This document shows positions 1 through 12,477 of a DNA stretch of 64,000 nucleotides, one piece after another. Numbering within the stretch: position 1 is the first letter of the stretch; each line of letters begins with the position of its first letter. The translations under genes were made by a program, and so were the position numbers. The notes below the pieces were generated by a model, which was not told the origin of the DNA, did no database searches, and saw only the letters and a program-made list of their open reading frames with translations. The DNA comes from Eledone cirrhosa (Eukaryota): positions 5,704,001-5,768,000 of the forward strand of contig OZ024762.1 of assembly GCA_964016885.1 (NCBI GenBank), written 5' to 3'.

Positions 1-256
1 GTGGAGTATGGGTAGTGGGATGGGGGTGTATATAAGTGCCTACTGACTAGGTTTCGCTATGTACATAGACAAGGCGGGTCTTCTGTATATATATACTGTA
101 CATATTATTAACAGTATACAGTAATACTAAATGTTAATACAGAATGTTATAATTGAATACACATACATACATACACACACAAGCATATATACACATGCAT
201 ACATACATACACAAACATACATACATACATACACAAACATATATACACATGCATAC

Positions 257-530
257 ATGTGGCCTAGTGGTAAGAGTGTTGGGCTTACGATCATAATGTC
301 ATGAGTTCGATTCCTGGGTTGCGTGTTGTGTTCTTGAGCAAAACACTTCATTTCACGTTGCTCCAGTATACTCAGCTGAAAATGAGTACCAGCAATAGCT
401 GGAGGTTTAACCCTGCGATGGACTGGCGTCCTGTCCAGGGGGGAGTCTTGTACTCTCAGTCGCTTCACGCCATGAAACCGGGATAACCACCGGCCAAATG
501 AACCTTCTGGCTTAAGACAGACTTTAGACT
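257..530 (+). mobile_element. tRNA-derived SINE; related heads at 9395, 22291, 25518, 26521, 47005 and 52334
   Basis: tggcctagtgg A box, gagttcgattc B box, ttgagcaaaacacttcatttcac core. Confidence 0.8.
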
Positions 531-770
531 TTAGATATATATATATATACACATACATACATATGCATATATACACATGCATACATACACATACATACGC
601 ACACACATACACACACATATATATATACTTACATGCACACATACATATACTTACATGCACACATACATACACATAGATACACACACACACATATATATAT
701 ACATGCATACACACACACACACATATATATATACATACACACACACACACATATATACACACATACACAA

Positions 771-828
<58 letters not shown>

Positions 829-849
829 TTACATACACACAAATTATAC

Positions 850-1000
850 TGGACACAAGGAGTTGAATAATGGCGTGGGAGACTATTGATAAAAATCTCC
901 AATAATAATGACAGAACTATCATCAATGTTCAATAATTGATTACACTGAAGACAGGTTTTTTATTTAAGACTGTCCAGATTTTCAAGACCAGTGTTGGAC
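850..1000 (+). mobile_element. Short relic, possibly the C-terminus of an R4/Dong-like non-LTR element; related copy at 3615-3790
   Basis: Shared ggagactatt...cactgaagacag...ttatttaagactg...agatt.tcaagac, resembling a decayed KTALLxTARILR motif. Confidence 0.4.
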
Positions 1001-1124
1001 TTACCTATAATCTAAATAAAGTATAATATATTTTAGGGCCACACACCTTCGGGGGCCTCATTAAAAAAAAAACATATTTTCATTTTATCATTAGTTTTTA
1101 TTCTTTAACATTAAATCATTAAAA

Positions 1125-1168
<44 letters not shown>

Positions 1169-1539
1169 AAAAAAAGAAAAGAATGTCTTCACTTGTAGTT
1201 CTAAACAATTTGATTTAATTTTATATTATAATATTATGAGTTGGTGGATCTAGTAAGTTCTTTGTTAACCTCATGGGAAGATTTTTAAAGATTCCTGGTT
1301 AACTTTCCTGGCGATTGTCAAACTGAGATCAGGTTGTTTTGTGGTGTGTGACTCTATATATAAGAGAGATTTGGATGTGTCTGGGAGTGGGGTGCGGTGT
1401 TAATGAGTGTGGGCATAAAGGAGTGTTGATGAAGATTTAAAGGAATTAAAGCATACACATATACACACATACATATATACACAGAAAATGGTGAATGGTG
1501 ACAGCAAGATAATTGAATGGGACTGCTGTTGGGTTTTTT

Positions 1540-1695
1540 TTAAAGAGTGTTTAAGAAAGGGGCTGTAAAAGTCCCCTCCTGCTGGTTCCATTTCAATAAA
1601 TGACCTTTGATGAATATAATGGCAGGATGTTTTTCAAATTTGTTTCTTATAGCTGAATCAACTCTCTTAAATTTATAAAGAACACCTTCAACAAT
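1540..1695 (-). CDS. Candidate terminal coding exon (IVEGVLYKFKRV...APFLNTL*), product unknown
   Basis: Acceptor gttgtatcag| downstream of a long T tract, followed by 51 open codons of complex sequence; no homology recognised. Confidence 0.3.
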   Translation of the reverse strand: MVEGVLYKFKRVDSAIRNKFEKHPAIIFIKGHLLKWNQQEGTFTAPFLNTL

Positions 1696-1722
1696 CTGAT
1701 ACAACACAATAAAGACTAAAGT

Positions 1723-1760
<38 letters not shown>

Positions 1761-2289
1761 AATAAATAAATAAATAAAAAATTATATCCACTACTGAAGT
1801 TGATTTAATTGACTTTCACTCTCCTTCAAATTGCTGGCCTTGTGCCTAACTTAGAAATCATTATTAAGCTGGTGTTTGGAACAAAACTTAACAAAAGTTC
1901 CTATATAGAATTATGATAGAATCATCATCATTATCACCATTTAATGTCTATTTTTTCACACTTGCATGGATTAGATGGGTCGTCCACATTATTTGCTATA
2001 TTAAAGATGAATTTAGGTGTGTGTCTGGTGGTGGTGGGGTTAATGAGATGTAAGATACATGTCTTTTGATAAGAATGGGATGACAGCAAAGAGAAGAATA
2101 AGGATAGTTTTGGAATATTTGTCAGAAATGTATGTTGTTGATATTGGTTTGTTAGGGGAAGTGTGTGTATGTGGGGGGAGCATGCTAGCTCACATATTCA
2201 CTTCCCTGTATGTAAACATACTTACAGCCCATGAAGAAAAGAGAGAGAGTTGGGAGAATCCCATTTTTGAAGAAGGAATAACATTTTTT

Positions 2290-2760
2290 TGTGTTCAGTA
2301 GTAGTTTGTACTTTCTAATGAAGAATTCTTCTTTATATTTTCAGAAATGTTCGTTGTCCGACCATATCTTAGAGGAGGGGAAAATTGTAAATTTTTCCCT
2401 TTCCGCATGCTGTGAAGTGTTCACTACATGTGGTGTTTCTGACAGAGGGGTCTCTAATTTGTTGTTTAAGTACTCAAACTCTGTCGTGTAGACCCGTTCC
2501 GGTTTCACTAATATAGTATTCTTTACATTGTGGGCAGGTTGCACAGTAAATCAAGTTTTTGGTTTTGCAATTCATGTTTGCATTAACTTTGAAAAACTGG
2601 TTGTTTTTAAAGGAGATTTGCCCACCTTCTTCAATGAGTTCACAAGTTCCTCATCGAGGGTCCCCGCATTTCTTAACTTACAATGTTTTATTATTAGACG
2701 TAAATTTTGCCTTGGTAAGCATTTTTTTTTAGGTTGGGTGCTTGGCGTCTACTATATATT
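2290..2760 (-). mobile_element. Penelope-like element relic, GIY-YIG endonuclease region
   Basis: Minus-strand translation KCGDPR*GTCELI...NCKTKNLIYCATCPQCKEYYISETGTGLHDRV*...SEHF, with stops. Confidence 0.8.
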
Positions 2761-3334
2761 ATTTGTGAGTCTTTTATGAGTGCATTCATTTTAGGGGACT
2801 GATGGAGAATCGGGAGATATTGTATAGAACTACAAGTGAAGTCATTCTTTTCCTTTTTTCAAATATACCTAACTGTACCAAGGACCTCACACATTTTCCA
2901 ATATATATATATATATAAACAAAAGTGGACGTTTATTCCGCTAGAAAGAGGTAGGGTAATGTCCGTTACACCAGCTGAACAAATTAAGGGATTAGGGGCT
3001 GTTATATAAGGTATCAAAACATATCAAATATATTTGATTTTTGTGTTTCTCAATAAAAAAAAAAGATCAACCACTCTACTTTGGCATTGAGTACTTTTTT
3101 TTTCTCTCAGCCGTCAACCACATACGGATATATATATGTATATGGATATATATTCTTCCTCGGTCACTTATTCCTGAGAGGGACATGGGGTCAGAGTCTT
3201 TAAAGACTCCTTCCAGCTGTCAGAAGCTCTATCCCTGGGTCTCCTGTAGATTTTGCCCGTAATTTATCCTTTACCATTAACATTAATATAACAAATAATA
3301 ATCACGTACGATTGATTTAAGTTTTTTTAGTCAA

Positions 3335-3562
3335 ATTTTTTATGGGCAAAACATAGAAACAGGAGACCCAGGCATAGACCCCAAGCAAGATGGTTGGATA
3401 ACATCCAAATGCTCCGCTGGTCTTGCTTAGGGATCCAACCGGATCTGCTGGAAATGGTCGCTTCTGACAGGAACCACTGGCAGAAATGTTTGAGGACTCT
3501 ACCCTCACGACTCTCCCGAGAATAAGTGGGCAAAGAAGAAGAAGAAGAAGATGAAGAAGAAT
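3335..3562 (+). mobile_element. RTE-like LINE 3' end with (GAA)n tail
   Basis: RPRHRPQARWLDNI...DRNHW, then a gaagaagaa tail. Confidence 0.65.
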
Positions 3563-3823
3563 CATTTTTTTTTTTAGAGAAGGGACACCAATATCATATA
3601 TCTTAAGGCCTCCTGGAGACTATTTTTAAAAGTTTCACTCCAGTAGTCATAACAGCCAACATTGTTAAATAACTGACTACAGTCACTGAAGACAGCTTTT
3701 TATTTAAGACTGGTGAGATTCTCAAGACTATGGAGATATCCATCTCGAGAAATACCATACAGACTGATGCTACAACAAGACCAATAAAACAACTGAGCCT
3801 TGTTTATCATTTTACAAACAGGC

Positions 3824-3907
<84 letters not shown>

Positions 3908-4510
3908 AACCCATGCTAGCGTGGAAGAACGGACGTAAAACGGTGATGATGATGATATATATATATATTGAAGTTTGAAGTTCTGACCGATCTGCGGAAA
4001 AAATTTGTATTTTGAATTTTAAACGTGTCTAGGTACCAAGGCTTTTTGCCCATATGAGTCTGTGAGTATTGATTTATTATTTTTTAGATCGTACAGGCAG
4101 ACTTTATGTTGTTGAATTAAGATTTTTCACTCTAGCAATCTTATTAGTCAATTGCAACTAAAACATGTAAATGTTCATCAAATATTAATATATATATATA
4201 TATGAATATTAAAACTCTACTTCGGTATTGAGTACTATTTTCTCTCGCCCGTCAACCATAAACGGATATATATATATATATCCGTCTAACCCATGTTAGC
4301 ATGGAAAATGGACGTTAAACAAAGATGATGATGATGATGATATATATATGTGTAATGAGATACTTTGGGCTAGTTGATTGGCAGTTTGACCCTACCAAAG
4401 TATAACAATATAACCTTCAACACACGATTTCACACGAAGTATCTTGCAAAACAAATACAAAAATGAAGTATGTATATATATATAAATATATATATATAAT
4501 ATATAAATAT

Positions 4511-4544
<34 letters not shown>

Positions 4545-4685
4545 GAGTCCAGAAATAGCCGTTGAAATGGCTTGAGCTCTGCCATTGGGGTTAAACCTTT
4601 TCCTATTACCCTCTCTACTACCCTAAGTATTGAGTACTCTGGTGCGTTATGGTGCATCTGGTTCCTTACCACACCTCCTTCGTTT

Positions 4686-4781
<96 letters not shown>

Positions 4782-4915
4782 TAAAATCACAACCGCGGTG
4801 TCAAGCAGTTTCGGCTGTGTATTCAACAAGCCTTTTCTACATTGGGGTATTGAGTATTCCCTTGATTAGTGGTCTCCTTAGTCTCAGCACTGTTGACTCT
4901 CTCTACACACATGCG

Positions 4916-5480
4916 TTGATCTGTGCATTTGTCAACTCTGGTTGATCTGTGCATTTGTCAACTCTGATTGATCTGTGCATTTGTCAACTCTGATTGATCT
5001 GTGCATTTGTCAACTCTGGTTGATTTGTGCATTTGTCAACTCTGGTTGATTTGTGCATTTGTCAACTCTGGTTGATCTGTGCATTTGTCAACTCTGGTTG
5101 ATTTGTGCATTTGTCAACTCTGGTTGATTTGTGCATTTGTCAACTCTGGTTGATCTGTGCATTTGTCAACTCTGGTTGATTTGTGCATTTGTCAACTCTG
5201 GTTGATTTGTGCATTTGTCAACTCTGGTTGATTTGTGCATTTGTCAACTCTGGTTGATTTGTGCATTTGTCAACTCTGGTTGATTTGTGCATTTGTCAAC
5301 TCTGGTTGATTTGTGCATTTGTCAACTCTGGTTGATCTGTGCATTTGTCAACTCTGGTTGATTTGTGCATTTGTCAACTCTGGTTGATCTGTGCATTTGT
5401 CAACTCTGGTTGATTTGTGCATTTGTCAACTCTGGTTGATCTGTGCATTTGTCAACTCTGGTTGATCTGTGCATTTGTCA
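4916..5480. repeat. Minisatellite, 26-bp unit, about 21 copies
   Basis: gttgat(c/t)tgtgcatttgtcaactctg. Confidence 0.95.
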
Positions 5481-5713
5481 CAACAATATGATTAATAATT
5501 TCACGTATTAATCAATATTGTAATATATTATATTATTTAAATATATATATATATATATGTATGTATGTATATATATATATATATATTAAAGTGTTAAACA
5601 ATATTCAATGATTATGTCAAAGAATGAGTTTTACAGTAGATTGGAAGCACTCAGGAGTTATTAATATTAAAATATAAATATTAATAAAATAGATGTTCTT
5701 TTGATCAATTACA

Positions 5714-5840
5714 TTTTATTATACATATTTTGGATGTACAACAGTACGTCCTCATCAGACAAAATATAATGATACATGACATACCCTGAGATGTCTGATG
5801 AGGACATACTGTTTTACATCCAAAATATGTATAATAAAAT
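5714..5840. ncRNA. Inverted pair of decayed hammerhead motifs (GAAA mutated to AAAA in both)
   Basis: CUGAUGA-ggac.uac...uacaucc-AAAA-uauguaua-auaaaa on both arms of the 5664-5889 palindrome. Confidence 0.55.
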
Positions 5841-6139
5841 GTAATTGATCAAAAGAACATCTATTTTATTAATATTTATATTTTAATATATATATATATA
5901 TCATCATCATCATCAACGTTTAACATCCGTGTTCCACGCTTGCATGGGTTTGGACGGGGGTATTCCCACTTGAGGCAAGAGTGATTGTCTTGCTCGCATA
6001 GGACTGTCTGGCAGGTTTTCTACAGTTGGATGCCCTTCCTAACACCAACCACATTTACAGTGTGGGTCTGGGAGGTTTTTACTGTGTTGCCTACACGGCC
6101 ACATTACAGCGTGTGTTTTTTTGTCGTGACACCTACATG

Positions 6140-6170
<31 letters not shown>

Positions 6171-6496
6171 CATGTTTATGAATATGGATATAAATGAGTA
6201 TACGTGTGTAAGTATGTCTGTTTGTACAGCTTAAATGAAATAACACATGGGAAATAAATCATAATATATAGATTAAAATAAATGTATATATTTCATATAT
6301 ATCGTTTCCTTGGTAGTGGATCCAGATTTTTAGCTGAAATATGTATATAAAATCACATATATATACTACATCGCTTTCACCATCAGGTGACAACGGGGTG
6401 ACCAGTAGGAGAGTACACCGATATTGCAATAATTTTGAAAACCGCTGAAATCTACGAAAAAAAGACCGAATATTCGAGAAATATTTTAACACACCA

Positions 6497-6536
<40 letters not shown>

Positions 6537-6737
6537 ATCAAAAGATGGTTAAAAGAGTTTCATGTATTTTATTATGCGCATTTCAAAAACATATATCATC
6601 ATGCGATGACATTTGCGTTTTCGGCAGATAAAATAGGGAGACATGATATGAAGGTTAAAAAACACTTGTGAATAGTGCAGTTTTAAATCAACATATGAAA
6701 AGTAGTTTTAGATTGATGTGTGATATTGGGAAAAAAA

Positions 6738-6770
<33 letters not shown>

Positions 6771-7420
6771 ATGTATACTCCAGTCCTACAAACTGTAGAG
6801 TGCTACTTATCCGATATCTGCATTGCTTTATTGTACTACAATAAAACTCACCTCCTATATATATATCATATTATATCATATTATTACCTCATGTATATTG
6901 GGTATATGTATTATTATTATTATTATTATTATTATTGCTGGCCTTGTGCCTAAAGTAGAAACAATTATTATTATTATTTTCATTCCTATCATGCTTATTT
7001 TTATATTTAAACTCTTAATAAGGTTTAATTTGTGCAGTTGAAGATGGATATGTGTATTGATGTATGTGTATATGTGCGTACGTGTGCGTACATATATACA
7101 TATGTATATTGTACCTTTTAATTTTTATTGTAATTTTAATATTGGTAAAGGTATATTATATTATATTACATTGTATTATATATAATTCCTGCTCTATATA
7201 ACCACCTTTGTTTAGCTCTAGGGTTTTTTTTTGCTTTGGACTATATTTGTAATATGGTTCTTAATGTTATACACCTCCTTAGTAATTTTTATTATATATT
7301 TTTATTATTTTTATTATATATTTTTACCCATAATCTTGCAATACTTTAGTGTATGTACACTCCATATTCTTCGGAGTTTCCGGCTTGTATTGGCCGATAA
7401 TACTTCTTGTTGTTTTAATT

Positions 7421-7458
7421 GCCCTGATGAGTCCTTAATAGGACGAAACATTGTCGGC
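7421..7458 (+). ncRNA. Minimal type I hammerhead ribozyme, intact consensus
   Basis: GCC-CUGAUGA-GUCC(uuaaua)GGAC-GAA-ACA(u)UGU-C-GGC: stem I GCC/GGC, stem II GUCC/GGAC, short stem III, GUC cleavage triplet at 7453-7455, AATAAA immediately downstream. Confidence 0.85.
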
Positions 7459-7730
7459 TAATAAAGACTTTTGATGTATTGAAGGCTTCTTTGTTTTACT
7501 TTCTTAATATATATATATATATAGTATACACTTTAAAACTAATATTAATACTTGTTCCTAAACTGGGGTGCCGCGGTGCACTGATGTGCCACCAAAGTGA
7601 AATATATTTAATTTGTTGGGATTCAACAAGCTTAAACATTTTTATAACTGATATAAAGCACTCAACAAATTAGTGGAGTAAATACACAATATATTAATAA
7701 ATGGAAACTATATTTATAAAACCATATTTA

Positions 7731-7792
7731 TTTTATTATATATATTTCAAGGGCAACCAAGGCAAATTATGGTGCGCTTTCATCAGATAAAA
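7731..7792 (-). ncRNA. Minimal type I hammerhead ribozyme motif
   Basis: uuuuau-CUGAUGA-aagcgcacca...ugguugcccuu-GAAA-uauauaua-auaaaa. Confidence 0.7.
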
Positions 7793-7864
7793 TACAGATT
7801 TATTTTATAAATAAATATTGACATACCCGGAAAAAAGACAACCTTAACGGTTGGAGCTTCCAGG

Positions 7865-7896
<32 letters not shown>

Positions 7897-8057
7897 TTAT
7901 TTATATATTTATTAAAATAACAGATTAATATTTGCTCTACGATGTATTTATCCTTATCGAACCCTCTTTGGATTTTAGTCTTCAAATCTATTATTATTAC
8001 TATATATATTATTCAAAATATTAATAAATGGAGACATTCATGTAATCAAAATATATG

Positions 8058-8119
8058 TTTTATTATATATATTTCGGAGGTACTGTGCTGTCTTATCAGT
8101 ACGTCCTCATCAGATAAAA
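8058..8119 (-). ncRNA. Minimal type I hammerhead ribozyme motif (left arm of inverted pair)
   Basis: uuuuau-CUGAUGA-ggacguacug...caguaccucc-GAAA-uauauaua-auaaaa. Confidence 0.75.
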
Positions 8120-8185
8120 TACATAAATTGATGTATGACATACCTCATCATCTTTTTATCTTTTTCCCTTTTCTCTTCTAATTAG

Positions 8186-8220
<35 letters not shown>

Positions 8221-8485
8221 GTCTTTTTCTCTAACACGGATATTTACATATTTAAATATTTAACATTTATGTACATATGTGTTTATTTATTTGTTTATTC
8301 TATACTTTCTCCTACTCACCCACTCCTAATACTTATATCTCGCTACATATCCCTCTCCATCATATTTAGTTTGTCATGTTATTACCTGTGGTATATAAAT
8401 ATTGAGTTTTGTTGTAATAAATCACTGCCAAGACTGGAATTGAACCATCAGCACAGTTGAGGTATGTCATACATCAATTTATGTA

Positions 8486-8547
8486 TTTTATCTGATGAGG
8501 ACGTACTGAAAAAACCTCACAGTACCTCCGAAATATATATAATAAAA
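8486..8547 (+). ncRNA. Minimal type I hammerhead ribozyme motif (right arm of inverted pair)
   Basis: Same core and stem II as 8058-8119, with a different loop II. Confidence 0.75.
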
Positions 8548-8879
8548 CATATATTTTGATTATGTGAATGTCTTCATTTATTAATATTTTGAATAATATT
8601 AAAAACTCCAGAAAACTTCTTTGTTGAGTGCTTTTAATCTATTGTAAAACTATATTTATTGAATAATCAATGAACCTTGTTAAACATTTGGTTGTATGTG
8701 TGTGTGTGTCTACACACACACACACACTTCGTTTTTGAATTTGTTTTGCAAGATTTCTTATCTGAAAATGTATGTTGAAACAGATAGTGTTATACTTTGG
8801 GAGGGTCATGCCATTAAAATCACACGCACCTGTGTGTTTTTATTGGCAGCACGACCCTTCCAAAGTATAACAATACATA

Positions 8880-8927
<48 letters not shown>

Positions 8928-8931
<4 letters not shown>

Positions 8932-8983
8932 CTGATGAAAACGTACTTAAACACCATAGTACCTTTGAAATATGTATAATAAA
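8928..8983 (+). ncRNA. Minimal type I hammerhead ribozyme motif
   Basis: uugu-CUGAUGA-aaacguacu...aguaccuuu-GAAA-uauguaua-auaa. Confidence 0.65.
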
Positions 8984-9028
<45 letters not shown>

Positions 9029-10393
9029 TATAGTCCAGATGGTTGTTGCTGGATGCTTTATACCAGTTACAGAGAACAAAAGACGTTTGTTTTTGTTGAT
9101 GGCAAAAAAAAAAAATATCAAAAAAGAATAAGAATGAAAAAATTGCCAAAAATCACAGACACACACACACTCCATATTTCTCATTGATAACTTTGTTCCA
9201 TTTTATTGAAAGAAATACAAATATTTTCTCTGTATTTTCAATTATGTCTCCCATGCTATGTTAATATTATAAAAATAACTACCTACCTACTTTTGATGAA
9301 TTTCTCTAATTTAGGTAGAAATTGTGCCAAAATATATTTACTTGTTCTAAAGTGGGAGTAAAAATAACGTTTCGGTACAACTGACATGCAGTCGCGTGAC
9401 CTAGTGGTAAAGGTGTTAGACACACGATTGTAATGTCATGGGTTTAGTGCCGGAGTTAGGCCCTGTGCTAGTTAAGTTATGAGGCCCCTTGCTTGGACCC
9501 TGAAGGCAGTAAAAAATTTTTTGGCAGAATGATGCTCACTCCCCACCCCCCTCAGGCAACGGGGCCCTGTGCCTAAGTACAATGGTAAGTCCGGCACTGG
9601 TTCGATTCCTGGACTCAGCTGAAAATGAGTAACAGCAATAGCTAGGGAGTTTAACCCTATAATGGACTGGCGTCCTGTCCAGGGGAAGGGGTCGCCACGG
9701 AAACCGAGATAAGCACTGGCCTGGGGATATTATATGTGGAAGAATTTAGGAAAGGGCTCAGTAAAATTAAGAAAAAAATAATAGTGAATTTCTTTGTATT
9801 TCATCAAATCCTTTGGTAAACTTTTTCATGAAGTATATACATAGTATATCTACGAAATATATATTCCTATCACCACCCGCCGAGGTTAACTTTGCCTTTC
9901 ATCCTTACGGGGTCGATAAAATAAAGTACCAGTAATGCACTGGGTAATTGCTGGCCTTGTGCCTAAAGTAGAAACAAATATTACATACGTGTATATATAT
10001 ATATATATATATATATATGGAGATATATATATATATAAATATTCGTGGGGGGGAATCACAGTGTTTCGAAGGGAATATACCTATATACCTAGATATTGAA
10101 CACTTGATACAATTCTAATGTAGTTTCGCAAACAAATTATGTGACCATCTACTAAATTATTGAGATCTTGTCTTCCTGAATATTAGTATAACGCTTAATA
10201 GAGTTAGCAAAGAGTCTTAACGTTTTAGACACGTCCTTCGTTGGAATATAGAAATAGAGAGAAGGGAAGATGTATGGGAGATAGAGAGAGAGAAATGGAA
10301 TACAGACGAGAGTTAAAGAATGGGGGGGAAAAGGGGGAGGGGGGGAGTGAAAAGTGAGGAGAAAACATGTGTAGTTGGTAGTCTGCCATCTTT

Positions 10394-10433
<40 letters not shown>

Positions 10434-10562
10434 CATCATCATCATCATCAAGGTTTAGCGTCCGTGTTCCACGCTTGCATGGGTTTGGACGGGGGTTTTC
10501 CCACTTGAGGCAAGAGTGGTTGTCTTGCTCGCATAGGACTGTCTGGCGGGTTTTCTACAGCT

Positions 10563-10600
<38 letters not shown>

Positions 10601-10959
10601 CTTGTATTTTGATCATGCTTTATTTTTATTTTTTATCTTTATTTGTTTTTTTTCATTCGCACCGTTTCCTTTCGCTATATGTCTCTCCACCACTCCCCTA
10701 CACACCTTTTGTCCCCCACCTACCCCCCACTCTCCTGAGCGTGAAATTAATAAACATTTATTGTACTGCCTCTCTGTTTTGTCCCTGTTCAAATTTTTCC
10801 ATTATATATATATATATATATATATACATGGAAAGTTATATTTAAATTGTTGGGTTACAACTAGTAAATATTTATAACTGATATAAAAGCACTCGACAAG
10901 TATTTGGAGTATATTTATGATATTAAATAAATGGAAACTATATTTATAAAACCATATTT

Positions 10960-11118
10960 ATTTCACTATATATATTTCAGGGATATCATATTAACAATAT
11001 GCTATGCCTTCCTCAGACAAAATACAATATAAACAGATAAAACTGTTTATATTGTATTTTGTCTGAAGAAGGCATAACATATTGTTAATATGATATCCCT
11101 GAAATATATATAGTGAAA
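10960..11118. ncRNA. Inverted pair of hammerhead motifs (10960-11022 minus, 11057-11118 plus)
   Basis: CUGA(G/A)GA-aggcaua.cauau...auaugauaucccu-GAAA-uauauaua on both arms of the 10919-11160 palindrome. Confidence 0.65.
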
Positions 11119-11160
11119 TAAATATGGTTTTATAAATATAGTTTCCATTTATTTAATATC

Positions 11161-11210
<50 letters not shown>

Positions 11211-11541
11211 AAGAAAGTGTAGTCAGGAACCAGGTGGACCATAACGCACCCGAGTACTCGATACTTAGGGTAGTAGTTCGGATTTAGCTGTCGAAACGAC
11301 CGGAGCTCAGCCGTCGGGGTCCTGACTCTTTTCCTCTGTTTAGCTTGATTCGTTGTTTTTTTTTTACAGCTACGGTGGCTGCTGACTTCACAACCACTGT
11401 TTTCATATTATCTGGCATTTGTAACACATGTTAAATGCTCTGGTTTCTTCTTAGTCCATTGAGCCCTTGCCGGTTTATCTCGAAGATGCGATTCGTTTTG
11501 TTTTGGCCACCGCCGAAATACGATCTCGCTGAAATTATATT

Positions 11542-11602
<61 letters not shown>

Positions 11603-11724
11603 CGGCGATGAATTAGTTTTGCGAGGTTTTTTATATGAAATCGTGTGTCGAAACAGTGAGTGTGTTCTGTTATTAATTCTGGCAATATTACGCAAATATG
11701 ACCCTCCCCAAATATAACAATATA

Positions 11725-11787
<63 letters not shown>

Positions 11788-11944
11788 GATAACAAGTTAT
11801 CGTTTTAGGTACAGCTGACCATGTTATTCTTCACTCTTTCACTATATATATATATATATATATATATGAAAAGATTCAGGACCCCCCAACGGCAACGGTT
11901 GAGCCCCGGTCATTCCGACAGCTATTTAAAACACACCCTTTCTG

Positions 11945-11977
<33 letters not shown>

Positions 11978-12237
11978 TATCACATAAGAAACGGAGAATC
12001 ATGTTGCGACGAATAAAATTTATTAGCCATTACAATTATTCGTAGCACCACTGATTCTCCGTTTCTTATGTGATATCATACTCTGCTCTGTAAGAGCATT
12101 GAGTGCTCAAACGGCATATCGCTTACGGAGGCTTTAACCATCCCACACCAATTATATATATATATATATATATATATTCATTTATATATATATATATATA
12201 TATATATTCATTTATATATATATATATATATATATTC

Positions 12238-12268
<31 letters not shown>

Positions 12269-12295
12269 CATTTATATTAAGGCTAAATAGTGAGC

Positions 12296-12343
12296 CTTGT
12301 TATTCTGGAGTTTCGCCTGTTTATCACAGGGTCATCAGACAAG
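12296..12343 (-). ncRNA. Hammerhead-like motif with imperfect stem III
   Basis: cuugu-CUGAUGA-c-ccugu(gauaa)acagg-c-GAAAC...ua-acaag. Confidence 0.5.
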
Positions 12344-12446
12344 AACGCTATTTCGGTATTGAATGCTCCTTTCTCTCAGCCGTGAACCTCATACGGATCT
12401 CTCTCTCTCTCTCTCTCTCTCTTCACACACACACACACACACACAC

Positions 12447-12477
<31 letters not shown>

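Noticed and set aside
40-90. Hammerhead-like remnant on the minus strand (CAGAAGA...GAAAC...GUC); similar at 10214-10245
   Set aside because: Catalytic core and stems are too degenerate to call
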